Shown: positions 24,619-32,000 of the stretch, piece by piece
Layout: each line of letters begins with the position of its first letter
Position numbering within the stretch: position 1 is the first letter of the stretch
NCBI RefSeq assembly: GCF_000015025.1
Contig: NC_008578.1
Coordinates: forward strand, 1,800,001-1,832,000
Origin: Acidothermus cellulolyticus 11B
GTDB taxonomy: Bacteria > Actinomycetota > Actinomycetes > Acidothermales > Acidothermaceae
Length of the DNA: 32,000 bases
Direction of reading: 5' to 3'
Program-made: the position numbers and the translations under genes
Notes under the pieces: generated by a model
The model's input: only the letters and a program-made list of their open reading frames with translations
Database searches by the model: none
What the model was told of the DNA's origin: nothing

Positions 24619-24691
24619 GCCCCCGTAGCTCAGCGGACAGAGCAGCTGCCTTCTAAGCAGTCGGTCGCAGGTTCGAGTCCTGCCGGGGGCG
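24619..24691 (+). tRNA. tRNA-Arg (anticodon UCU)
   Basis: Folded by hand into a 73-nt cloverleaf. Acceptor gcccccg/cgggggc, D stem gctc/gagc, anticodon stem gctgc/gcagt with loop c-t-TCT-a-a, 5-nt variable loop, T arm gcagg-ttcgagt-cctgc, discriminator g. No CCA is encoded. Confidence 0.9.
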
Positions 24692-24958
24692 CACGCGACG
24701 CGAACCTCGCGAAGGCCTGGAAATACCCGCAATCAGGTCATCGAAGGACACGCCCGTCGCATCGGCCACAATCTGTGAAATATACCGGTAGTCGCGTGGG
24801 GGCGGATCATGATTTTCCCACCACGAGATATTGCCCGAGGACACGTGTGCGCCCATCTGCTCGGATAGGATGCGCGCGAGATCTCGTGTGCTCAGCCCGG
24901 CAAGCCGCCGCGCCTTGCGCAACCGATCACCCCAGGTGAACTCTATGCGTGCACTCAT
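24653..24958 (-). CDS. XRE-family helix-turn-helix transcriptional regulator
   Basis: 101-aa ORF whose N-terminal HTH is GDRLRKARRLAGLSTRDLARIL. The last 13 codons and the TAG stop are supplied by the 3' half of the tRNA-Arg gene (overlap 24653-24691). Confidence 0.7.
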   Translation of the reverse strand: MSARIEFTWGDRLRKARRLAGLSTRDLARILSEQMGAHVSSGNISWWENHDPPPRDYRYISQIVADATGVSFDDLIAGISRPSRGSRRVRPRQDSNLRPTA

Positions 24959-25075
24959 GCCTAAAGACTACGCGTCGCACAGCCTGATCCGCGCGTCGAC
25001 GGCTATTGACAACGTGCTCGCCGAGGCGCAAGGCAACACTGAGAATCCCTGGGCTTCGTAGGAGAGGAGAAAGGG

Positions 25076-25351
25076 ATGGGCAGCTACTCAATGCCTCAGA
25101 CGCACGTGAAAATCTTGTTGTGGCCGTGGTTGATGGCTCGTTGTACTGTACTGGTCGCACAAGTCAACAATATTGTCGGTGTGCACGAACAGATTCGGAT
25201 CGACTGGGTGCGCAAAACGGTAGCGTGCAATAACACCCCGACGTATGCGAAATCCGTGTCCGAGAATTCTTGTTATTCTGTGAATCCACAGACTGGGGAA
25301 ATCTGGCCCCGGTCACCACGGTTTTGCGTGTTTTGGCTAAAACGGGACTGA
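25076..25351 (+). CDS. hypothetical small protein (91 aa)
   Basis: A strong SD (GGAGAGGAGAAAGGG) lies immediately upstream of the ATG, and the ORF is divergent from the XRE gene. The protein is Trp/Cys-rich and I recognise no family. Confidence 0.4.
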   Translation: MGSYSMPQTHVKILLWPWLMARCTVLVAQVNNIVGVHEQIRIDWVRKTVACNNTPTYAKSVSENSCYSVNPQTGEIWPRSPRFCVFWLKRD

Positions 25352-25355
25352 TTCA

Positions 25356-25841
25356 ATGAGCGGCGAACGCAGCCGCTGGTTACACGGTCAACAACCTGCC
25401 AAGCTTGCTGCGGCTTATCTCGGGCGGCCGAAAGGACGAGGCGAGGAAACTGGTTGCGACCGCGCACAGGAACGCCTCCGATGTGGCGCGGAACGCGGGC
25501 ACCGCCGTGCATGCTGTCCCGGAACGCTGGGTAAAAACCCGTCCGAACCGGTCGCCATTATTGCCACCGAGTCCTACATTGTGGTCGCTTCGAGACTATT
25601 CGCTGAGAGAAAGATTGCCCTGGCACGAGAGATCATCGAATCCGAGGCGACCGTGATTAGCCGGGAAATCGGGCATGTGGGCCCCGCGGACTCGTGGCGC
25701 ACTAGCCAGGGTGAGATCGCGGCGCGCGAGGGGCGACGCATGCGTTGCGCGATCGACTACCTACCGCCCGGGATGCTCCCCATCGCGAACCGAGAGCGTC
25801 TGTTCGCGATGGCGATTGGAACGCTACTCTACTCGGAGTAA
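25356..25841 (+). pseudogene. hypothetical gene, probably frameshifted
   Basis: The 161-aa ORF has a plausible C-terminal half (PVAIIATESYIVVASRLFAERKIALAREIIESE...). Its first ~65 codons look non-coding (Arg/Gly/Cys-rich, low GC3). Over 25360-25550 the +1 frame reads more protein-like (LISGGRKDEARKLVATAHRNASDVARNAGTAVHAVPERWVKTRPN). The switch point is near the A5C3 run at ~25541-25549. Confidence 0.35.
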
Positions 25842-25842
25842 C

Positions 25843-26319
25843 GTGAACCGCCAGCACAAGAAGATCGTAAAGGTTGATCTGACCAGCACACGAGAACGCA
25901 AGCGGTTCGAAGTCGAGTCTCCCGAGGTGGCGCTGGCGCTTTTCCGTAAGGCGCACCGGACGGTCGACGACCGCTCGAACGTCACGCTGCGCGTCCTCGT
26001 CGCCTGGTTTGTCGAACGTTGCAAGGTGTGCCACAACGTTGACCTGCAAGATCTCACGAAGACCAGTCATCGTCGGTGCGCAGTGCACTTGCACACCACC
26101 CAGGCGGGCACGGCCCGGTCAAGGCACGCAGAACAAGCAGGGCCGGTCATGAAGCTAGCAGGACGGCGTGAGATTCGGCGGGTGTCCTTACCGCGACGCT
26201 ACCGTGACCGACGGTCGTGCGCGTATACGAGGCCGGCGGCTCGCCCAGGCGCGGCAGGCCGCCGGGTTAACCCAGGCCCAGCTCGCCGACCTAGCCAGCG
26301 TCACCTACCAAGAGATTAG
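25843..26319 (+). CDS. hypothetical protein; only the first ~95 codons look coding
   Basis: A GTG lies right after the preceding stop. The high-GC3, balanced sequence VNRQHKKIVKVDLTSTRERKRFEVESPEVALALFRKAHRTVDDRSNVTLRVLVAWFVERCKVCHNVDLQDL is followed by an Arg-rich tail. That tail overlaps the next (HTH) gene by ~150 nt in another frame. Confidence 0.3.
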   Translation: MNRQHKKIVKVDLTSTRERKRFEVESPEVALALFRKAHRTVDDRSNVTLRVLVAWFVERCKVCHNVDLQDLTKTSHRRCAVHLHTTQAGTARSRHAEQAGPVMKLAGRREIRRVSLPRRYRDRRSCAYTRPAARPGAAGRRVNPGPARRPSQRHLPRD

Positions 26320-26434
26320 CCATGACGAGGCCGGGCGGCGCCAGCGGCCAATCGACCGAGCTATCCAGATCGCCGAGATTCTAGGCTGGGACGTGCAAGA
26401 ATTATGGGGTATCAGTGATCGTGAGGAAAAGTAG
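26168..26434 (+). CDS. XRE-family helix-turn-helix transcriptional regulator
   Basis: HTH block IRGRRLAQARQAAGLTQAQLADLASVTYQEISHDEAG. The true start is possibly the GTG at 26204. The stop lies 26 nt before the lipoprotein gene. Confidence 0.7.
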   Translation: MRFGGCPYRDATVTDGRARIRGRRLAQARQAAGLTQAQLADLASVTYQEISHDEAGRRQRPIDRAIQIAEILGWDVQELWGISDREEK

Positions 26435-26460
26435 TCCAGTCCATATTACCGGGAGGGAGA

Positions 26461-26988
26461 ATGCACACTCGGAAGACCGTTCTAACAGCTGCTCTCGTCG
26501 CGCCGTTACTCGCGGCTTGTGGCGCTAGTCAGAGCACGAACTCTAGCACTAGCAGTCGTAACACGACTCCGTCGTCATCGCCAGCGAGTGACTCTACGAG
26601 CACGTCATACAATCGAGCCACAGCGATGTTCGCAGTCTGTCGTGCCGATTTACAGGAACTATCGGCGACGCTTAAACGTGTGGGCGCCGACTTTTCATCA
26701 ATTCAAGATAACGCGTCAGCTGCGGCAGCCGACTCGGAAACCCTTGTTCGCCAGGTGCAGACATTCGATAATTTCTTACGCAACAACCTGTTGCCCGCGG
26801 TTAACGACCAGCTCGTCGCCTCAGATATAAACGACCTAGTCAAAGAAGACACGCACCTAATCCCGGTCTTACAGCAGGTTGCAGCAAATCCAACCGACGC
26901 TTCCGTCGTTGCGGTTGCTAATGCCGAGGTGAATCAGTGGGCGGACCCGATTCAGCGCGTCGCCGCCGACTGTGATGCACTGGGCTAG
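26461..26988 (+). CDS. putative lipoprotein, unknown function
   Basis: SD GGGAGGGAGA lies before the ATG. The signal peptide has the lipobox LLAAC-G (MHTRKTVLTAALVAPLLAACG), followed by a Ser/Thr-rich linker and a ~120-aa probably helical domain with two Cys. G+C is ~52-58%. Confidence 0.75.
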   Translation: MHTRKTVLTAALVAPLLAACGASQSTNSSTSSRNTTPSSSPASDSTSTSYNRATAMFAVCRADLQELSATLKRVGADFSSIQDNASAAAADSETLVRQVQTFDNFLRNNLLPAVNDQLVASDINDLVKEDTHLIPVLQQVAANPTDASVVAVANAEVNQWADPIQRVAADCDALG

Positions 26989-27023
26989 GCGGTTTACAGC
27001 CTGTCTAGTGCATCAGTTTCCTG

Positions 27024-27608
27024 TTGCTACGGGATCGACACGTAAGTCTGCGTGACGGCAATAGACGCATGCGGGAGCACCTGCAGGTACGCGCGCCGTT
27101 GGGCGACCTCTCCGCGGATGTCGTCAAGCCGGGACAGCATGCCATGCTCAACATCGCCGGTTTCGACCACCCGGTGGAAGGCGCTGTTCGTGGGGTGGAC
27201 ACGGAACCCGTCACCGGCGCTGCGGAAGGGACGGATCAGTCTGGTCCCGGCAGTAGCGACGCGGAAGTCATCATCGATCCGGTGGAGCAGCTGCCGGTTG
27301 CGCTTGTCGGCCAGAGCGTCGCAGTGACCGTCGTGCTCTCGCATACGGCGAACCCGGTCCTCGCTGTTCCGCTCACCGCGGTCATCACGGCGCCGGACGG
27401 CACGACCGCCGTCGACATTGCGGACTCATCCGGCCACATTCAGCGGGTACACGTCGACGTAGGCGAAACAGGCGACGGTTACGCCGAAATTCGCCACGCC
27501 GATCCGCCGTTGCGCGAAGGACTCCGCGTCGTGCTCACTCTCGATGACAGCGGCTCGGCCAGTGCACCGGCAACGGATGCGTCACCCTCCGACCAGGCAC
27601 AGCCATGA
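27024..27608 (+). pseudogene. 5'-truncated HlyD/MacA-family periplasmic adaptor (C-terminal half only)
   Basis: The 194-aa ORF opens only at 27009 (TAG at 27006-27008). From ~27075 it matches the beta-barrel and membrane-proximal part of efflux adaptors (VKPGQHAMLNIAGFDHPVEGAVRGV..., VPLTAVITAPDGTTAV..., VDVGETGDGYAEI...GLREGLRVVL). No membrane anchor, lipoyl or coiled-coil part is present. The stop overlaps the ABC ATPase start (ATGA). Confidence 0.65.
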
Positions 27609-28294
27609 GCGTGATTTACCGGCTCGTCGATGTCTGCTTGACGTACGCCGCGCACCCTCCGGTGCATGCCGTGCGCAACTGCACACTCGACATCCATAGA
27701 GGTGAATTCGTCGCGATCTGCGGAACCTCCGGCTCGGGTAAATCCAGCCTGCTCAATCTCCTCGGCCTTATTGACCGGCCGACATCTGGTGAGATTTACT
27801 TCCGCGACACAGCCGTCGCGGCATTGAAGGACCACCAGTTGACGGCGCTTCGCCGACACTCGATCGGCTTTGTCTTTCAGGCGTTCCACCTTATTCCCCA
27901 TCGGACGGTCGTGGATAACGTCTGCCTCCCGATGGTGTACGCCGGCGTACCCCGACGAGAACGGCGCGCCCGCGCCCTCGACGCGCTCCGCACCGTCGGG
28001 CTCCTCGACCGGGCATGGGCTCAACCACAGACCCTCTCCGGGGGTGAAGCACAGCGTGTCGCCATCGCGCGCGCCCTCGTCACCGCGCCGGACGTCATCC
28101 TCTGCGACGAACCGACCGGTAATCTTGACAGCGCGAACGCCGCAAATGTCATCGACGCATTACGTGCACTCAACAACGACAACCAGACCATCGTGCTCGT
28201 GACGCACGATCAGAACATCGCGCGTGCCGCCCGGCGCATCGTCAGGGTGCGCGACGGCGTGGTCAGCGAGACAACGCATCCCGACGCAGCGTGA
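27605..28294 (+). CDS. ABC transporter ATP-binding protein (MacB/LolD/FtsE-like)
   Basis: 229-aa ORF with Walker [11 protein letters not shown]-loop, signature [15 protein letters not shown], Walker [13 protein letters not shown] and the H-loop VTHD. Confidence 0.92.
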   Translation: MSVIYRLVDVCLTYAAHPPVHAVRNCTLDIHRGEFVAICGTSGSGKSSLLNLLGLIDRPTSGEIYFRDTAVAALKDHQLTALRRHSIGFVFQAFHLIPHRTVVDNVCLPMVYAGVPRRERRARALDALRTVGLLDRAWAQPQTLSGGEAQRVAIARALVTAPDVILCDEPTGNLDSANAANVIDALRALNNDNQTIVLVTHDQNIARAARRIVRVRDGVVSETTHPDAA

Positions 28295-28318
28295 CGGTCA
28301 GTCGACGTAGGCGGCAAC

Positions 28319-29596
28319 ATGACAAAGCCACGGCATGGAACGCGTTCGCGGCAAATTCTCGGAATTCTTCGGGAAGCCGCGTCCTCAGTGGCCGCCCGAT
28401 CCACCCGGGCGGCGCTCACCATGCTCGGTGTCGCCGTGGGCATCGGCACTCTGGTCGCCACCGTCGGTTTGGCGACAACCGCAGCAGCCCAGATCGACAG
28501 CGAATTCAATGCGCTCCTCTCAACGCTCGTCGGCGTCGGCGCCGTCGCGGACGGCGGTCCATCGACGATAGATACCGGCGCAACGACGACATCAGCGGTG
28601 AACTCCGCCGATCTCACCGGTCCACACACCGGAACGACTCGGGAGGACGCGTTTCCGCCGGACGCGATCCGGCGTGTCGCGCAGATCACCGGCGTCGTCT
28701 GTGCCACGCTCTGGTACACGATTGATCCGAACGCATCGTTCACGACGTCCATCATCGCCGCCAGACTCGGCGAGGTCACGCCCGCCCGCCTGGTGGCCGG
28801 TGACGAGAATTTCGCCCGCACCGAAGAACTCAGCATCGCCGGCAGAACGGACCTCGGTGTCGGGCCGACCGCATGGCTGGGGGCCGGTCTCGCTGACCAT
28901 CTCGGTATCACGGCGGAGCAACTCCCCATCGACATTCTCATTTCCGGCGTCCCCACCGCCGTCGTCGGCATCATTACCGACGCACCGACGGCGCCGTCAC
29001 TGCTCAGCTCGGCGGTGATTTCCGTGCGCAGCGCTCAGGAACGATACGGGAATCTCGGCCGCAGCGACATGACAATGCTTATCAGAACTCGTCCCGGGGC
29101 GGCGTACGTCGTCGCGCATTTGGCACCGCTTGCCATCCGGCCCGACAATCCGACCGCGCTGGCCGCATCCGCACCACCGGAACCGACCCATTTGCGCAAC
29201 CAGGTGAACACGAGCCTCAACCAATTGCTGCTCGGTCTCGCTGCTGTTGCGCTGCTCGTCGGCGCACTCGGCATTGCAAACATGACACTCGTCTCCGTGC
29301 TCGAACGCGTCGCAGAAATCGGATTACGTCGCGCAGTCGGCGCCACCCGGCTTGCCGTGGCCACTCAATTTATCGCCGAGAGCGGCACCCTTGGCTTTCT
29401 CGGCGGCATCGTCGGCGGCTGCGCCGGGCTCATTGTCGTGGTCGCTGTCTCCGCCGCCCACACCTGGACGGTGACCCTGCCGGCCGGACTACCCCTGCTC
29501 GGGCCGGCCTTGGGTTTACTCGTGGGCATTGCAGCCGGCGGCTATCCGGCGTACCGCGCATCGAGAATCCCACCAGCCCAGGCTCTCCGCCGCTGA
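28319..29596 (+). CDS. ABC transporter permease (MacB_PCD plus FtsX domains)
   Basis: 425-aa ORF with an N-terminal TM helix, a large periplasmic domain, and a C-terminal FtsX-type helix bundle carrying the amphipathic motif ERVAEIGLRRAVGATRLAVATQF. Confidence 0.9.
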   Translation: MTKPRHGTRSRQILGILREAASSVAARSTRAALTMLGVAVGIGTLVATVGLATTAAAQIDSEFNALLSTLVGVGAVADGGPSTIDTGATTTSAVNSADLTGPHTGTTREDAFPPDAIRRVAQITGVVCATLWYTIDPNASFTTSIIAARLGEVTPARLVAGDENFARTEELSIAGRTDLGVGPTAWLGAGLADHLGITAEQLPIDILISGVPTAVVGIITDAPTAPSLLSSAVISVRSAQERYGNLGRSDMTMLIRTRPGAAYVVAHLAPLAIRPDNPTALAASAPPEPTHLRNQVNTSLNQLLLGLAAVALLVGALGIANMTLVSVLERVAEIGLRRAVGATRLAVATQFIAESGTLGFLGGIVGGCAGLIVVVAVSAAHTWTVTLPAGLPLLGPALGLLVGIAAGGYPAYRASRIPPAQALRR

Positions 29597-29663
29597 TTCC
29601 CGCTAGTCGGACGTCGACCGCGCCGTTGCCCTCCGCCCGCGCCTAGCCCGCTACGATGGCGGC

Positions 29664-30167
29664 GTGACAACCCAGGCGCTCACCGGCACTCCGCGCCGCC
29701 ACATTGCGTTGGTCGCGCACGACAACAAGAAGCGTGAACTACTCGAATGGGCGGCGTACAATCGCGCAACACTTGCCCAACACGAGCTGTACGCGACGGG
29801 AACGACCGGCGCACTGCTTCGCGAACAGCTCGATCTCGAGATTCGTTGCCTGCTCTCCGGGCCGTTGGGCGGCGACCTGCAAATCGGCGCCCAGATCGCC
29901 GCGGGCTCTGTGGATCTTCTCGTTTTCTTCTGGGATCCGCTCGAACCGCAACCGCACGATCCCGACGTCAAGGCACTCCTGCGGGTGGCTGTGCTGTGGA
30001 ATATCGCAATTGCGTGCAACCGGACGACGGCGGACATGGTGATTTCGTCGCCGCTCTTCAGCGGGCCGTATCAGATCCACCGCCCGACGTACCGGCAGCC
30101 CGACAACGTGCACCTTGCATCGACCGCGGTTGACAGCCCCCACGACGACGCACTGCCCCAGCCCTAA
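29664..30167 (+). CDS. mgsA: methylglyoxal synthase
   Basis: Colinear with E. coli MgsA as I recall it (RHIALVAHDNKK, LYATGTTG, LSGPLGGDLQIGA, DLLVFFWDPLEPQPHDPDVKALLRVAVLWNIAIACN). GTG start, with a ~35-aa C-terminal extension. Confidence 0.9.
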   Translation: MTTQALTGTPRRHIALVAHDNKKRELLEWAAYNRATLAQHELYATGTTGALLREQLDLEIRCLLSGPLGGDLQIGAQIAAGSVDLLVFFWDPLEPQPHDPDVKALLRVAVLWNIAIACNRTTADMVISSPLFSGPYQIHRPTYRQPDNVHLASTAVDSPHDDALPQP

Positions 30168-30330
30168 CAGCTAGCCCGCCCACCGTCAACCGGTGACCAA
30201 CCCACCGGCGCCAGACCCGCGTCCACGCGGCAACCCTTTGGCAGTCTGGACGCCGTCAATCCGGCCCACCTGCTGATGCGGGCGCGGCCGGTTTCGGCGC
30301 CTGACGGGTCGGTTCGCCGCCCGCCCATGC

Positions 30331-31779
30331 CTAATGCACGATCTCGACCTTTGCGACGCTCGCCCAGAAATACCGCGACTTGGGATTCTTCTTCGGCGAT
30401 ACCTCGAGGTGGAAGACGTGCTCACCGGGCGGCAAGTCGGGGCTTTCCCAGACGAGGGAGTGCGCCCGACGCACCGGCGAATAGAAGTCAACCAACTGAC
30501 GCGGACCGTTGTCCACCCATACCTCGGCCATTCCCTGTTGGGCGTCCAGTGAGCCGTAAAACCGGATTTTCCGTCCGACGAAGCGCAGGCTCACCGAATC
30601 CCCGGGGACGCTGCTGTACGCATCACCCCCGGCGTCGGTCTCGTATCCACTGCCGTGCAGCCACGAACCGTGGTAATCAAACTCGTTCAGCCCGGTGCCG
30701 CACACATAGTCGAGCACGGTCGTGACATTGCCGACCGTGCTCGTGCCCTTACGGTTCAGCTCGGCCTGATCGACACGTTCGACCGGATCGTCGATCGGAG
30801 CGGCAAATCCATTTGCCACGCATCCGTCGACGAGCTGCCGCAGCGCCCGCTCGATACGGGCAATCTCCTCGGTCTTGGGGGCATCTTTCTGCGCCCCCAG
30901 ATAGGCGACTTCCCGCGCCTGGTCGTGCACCATCGAAATGCGGCGGGCAATTTCGGCGGCACCTTGGGCGGCAAGCGCCGAGACCCGGCCGATCTCCCGC
31001 GTCGTGGCGGTCTGTTGGTTGACCGCACCGGCGATGCTCGCGGTACTTTCGCAGATCCGCGCCATGGTGGCGGAAATTGCGTGGATTGTTTCGGACGCGT
31101 GCTTGGACCGCTCGTCAATCCCGACGAGCAGCGAACGCACCTGCTCGGTGGCCTGCGAGGTCTGACTCGCGAGATCGTTGACTTCTGCGGCGACGACGGC
31201 AAAACCGCGCCCGGCCACACCGGCGCGCTGGGCCTCGATTTTGGCATTCAACGCCAGCAGATGAGTACGGCGGGCGATGGCCGCAATCGTGTTCGCGATC
31301 TCATCCACGCTGCGGAGCGCTTCGGCCAATTCCAGCACCCCACTCGCCGCCTGGTGACTCTGATCCGATGCAGCAACGGCAATGTCGGCTGCCTCGGACG
31401 CATGGCGGGCGATATCGCTAATCGTGGAGTTCAGCTCGTCAGTGGCGCTGGCCACGACACCGACGCCATCGGAGACCTGAGTAATCGTGACACCGACGTC
31501 GTACGCCTGTCCCGCCGTCATCTCTGCGGTGTCCAGCATTTGCTTGTGGGTCGCGGTGGCGGCGCGGCGGGCCTCGTCCAGGCGATCGACGGCCTCCTGC
31601 ACGGTCGCGGTCAGGGTCGCGTACCGGCGCAACACTTCATTGAGCTTCTGCTCCACGGCACTGTCGGTGGCGGGACCGGCGTCGACCTGCGCCGTCAAGT
31701 CACCGGCCAGCACGCGGTCGAGGACGGCGGACAGGCGCCGCAGGCGCGCAGCACTCCGCCCGAAAGACAGCGAGCGCAC
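30331..31779 (-). CDS. soluble methyl-accepting-chemotaxis-type signalling protein with C-terminal beta-sandwich (lectin/CBM-like) extension
   Basis: MCP hairpin-tip block [37 protein letters not shown], with no hydrophobic helix. I prefer the GTG at 31779 (GAGGAG 4 nt upstream); the track ORF reaches 31962, but its first 61 codons are Arg/Pro-rich. About 150 aa follow the signalling domain. Confidence 0.8.
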   Translation of the reverse strand: MRSLSFGRSAARLRRLSAVLDRVLAGDLTAQVDAGPATDSAVEQKLNEVLRRYATLTATVQEAVDRLDEARRAATATHKQMLDTAEMTAGQAYDVGVTITQVSDGVGVVASATDELNSTISDIARHASEAADIAVAASDQSHQAASGVLELAEALRSVDEIANTIAAIARRTHLLALNAKIEAQRAGVAGRGFAVVAAEVNDLASQTSQATEQVRSLLVGIDERSKHASETIHAISATMARICESTASIAGAVNQQTATTREIGRVSALAAQGAAEIARRISMVHDQAREVAYLGAQKDAPKTEEIARIERALRQLVDGCVANGFAAPIDDPVERVDQAELNRKGTSTVGNVTTVLDYVCGTGLNEFDYHGSWLHGSGYETDAGGDAYSSVPGDSVSLRFVGRKIRFYGSLDAQQGMAEVWVDNGPRQLVDFYSPVRRAHSLVWESPDLPPGEHVFHLEVSPKKNPKSRYFWASVAKVEIVH

Positions 31780-32000
31780 GCTACTCCTCGTCGTAGTCGT
31801 TCGGACGTCCCTCCCCGCCGCCTCCGGGGAGACCCACGCATGGTTTTTCGGCACGTTTCGGACCGGCCTGAGTCCAAGAAGCGGATCGCGGCGACGCCTC
31901 TCACGGTAAGGCGATCTCTGCGGCGGCAAGCCGGACCATCGCGCGGGCGAAGCCGGCGTCACCGGACGTCCGGCTCGCTCGGACCGTGGGGCCGCCCACG

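Larger units (their letters stand above)
24692..27020. mobile_element. degenerate integrated-element or prophage remnant (low-G+C islet, no integrase)
   Basis: It begins at the tRNA-Arg 3' end. Sampled lines give ~52-58% G+C against ~62-77% in flanks. It carries two XRE regulators, small orphan ORFs with frame switches, and a lipoprotein. It ends where a truncated adaptor gene begins. I found no integrase, recombinase or att repeat. Confidence 0.4.

Noticed and set aside
23809-24939. 376-aa plus-strand ORF
   Set aside because: It runs antisense through ssb, then straight across the tRNA-Arg gene and the antisense of the XRE gene. This is not biologically plausible.
26989-27075. attR copy of the tRNA-Arg 3' end at the right edge of the islet
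   Set aside because: No match longer than ~8 nt to ggttcgagtcctgccgggggcg was seen here, or elsewhere in the islet by eye. The element boundary therefore remains inferred from composition and the truncated gene only.
27479-28024. 181-aa minus-strand ORF
   Set aside because: It is antisense to the adaptor remnant and ABC ATPase genes, which have complete Walker and signature motifs.

Overview
High-G+C actinobacterial chromosomal segment. Hand counts of single 60-nt lines give about 62-77% G+C in the bulk and about 47-58% in two atypical patches. It is densely coded and mostly conserved housekeeping genes. Minus strand, left part: HNH endonuclease, amidase and malQ. Then a prolyl oligopeptidase (+), an OmpR-type response regulator and histidine kinase pair (-) divergent from a Pro-rich membrane protein (+), and osmC (-) divergent from glbO and an MFS transporter (+). 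Next come a Tat-exported aldose 1-epimerase (-), an ~890-bp gap with no convincing gene, a GAF plus degenerate-GGDEF protein (+), and ettA with a hotdog thioesterase (-). A sulfate-activation and siroheme operon follows on the minus strand (cysC-cysD-cysN-cysG-sirB), then an SSB paralog (-) and tRNA-Arg(UCU) (+). A ~2.3-kb low-G+C islet sits at the tRNA 3' flank; it holds two XRE regulators, decayed small ORFs and a lipoprotein, but no integrase. The islet abuts a 5'-truncated HlyD-type adaptor, followed by a MacB-like ABC ATPase and FtsX permease (+), mgsA (+), and a soluble MCP-signalling protein with an unusual C-terminal beta-sandwich-like extension (-). I see no rRNA, CRISPR array, transposase or integrase, and no complete multi-gene system that I can defend as novel. 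The best candidates for a second look are four. (1) The MCP plus lectin/CBM-like fusion. (2) The integrase-less tRNA-Arg islet that beheads the efflux adaptor and shows internal frame switches. (3) The gene-free 13.8-14.7 kb gap upstream of the degenerate GGDEF gene. (4) A high density of near-perfect short tandem duplications (18-52 bp) at gene ends, inside genes and in promoter regions. Many long ORFs in the supplied track are antisense shadow ORFs typical of high-G+C DNA and were rejected.
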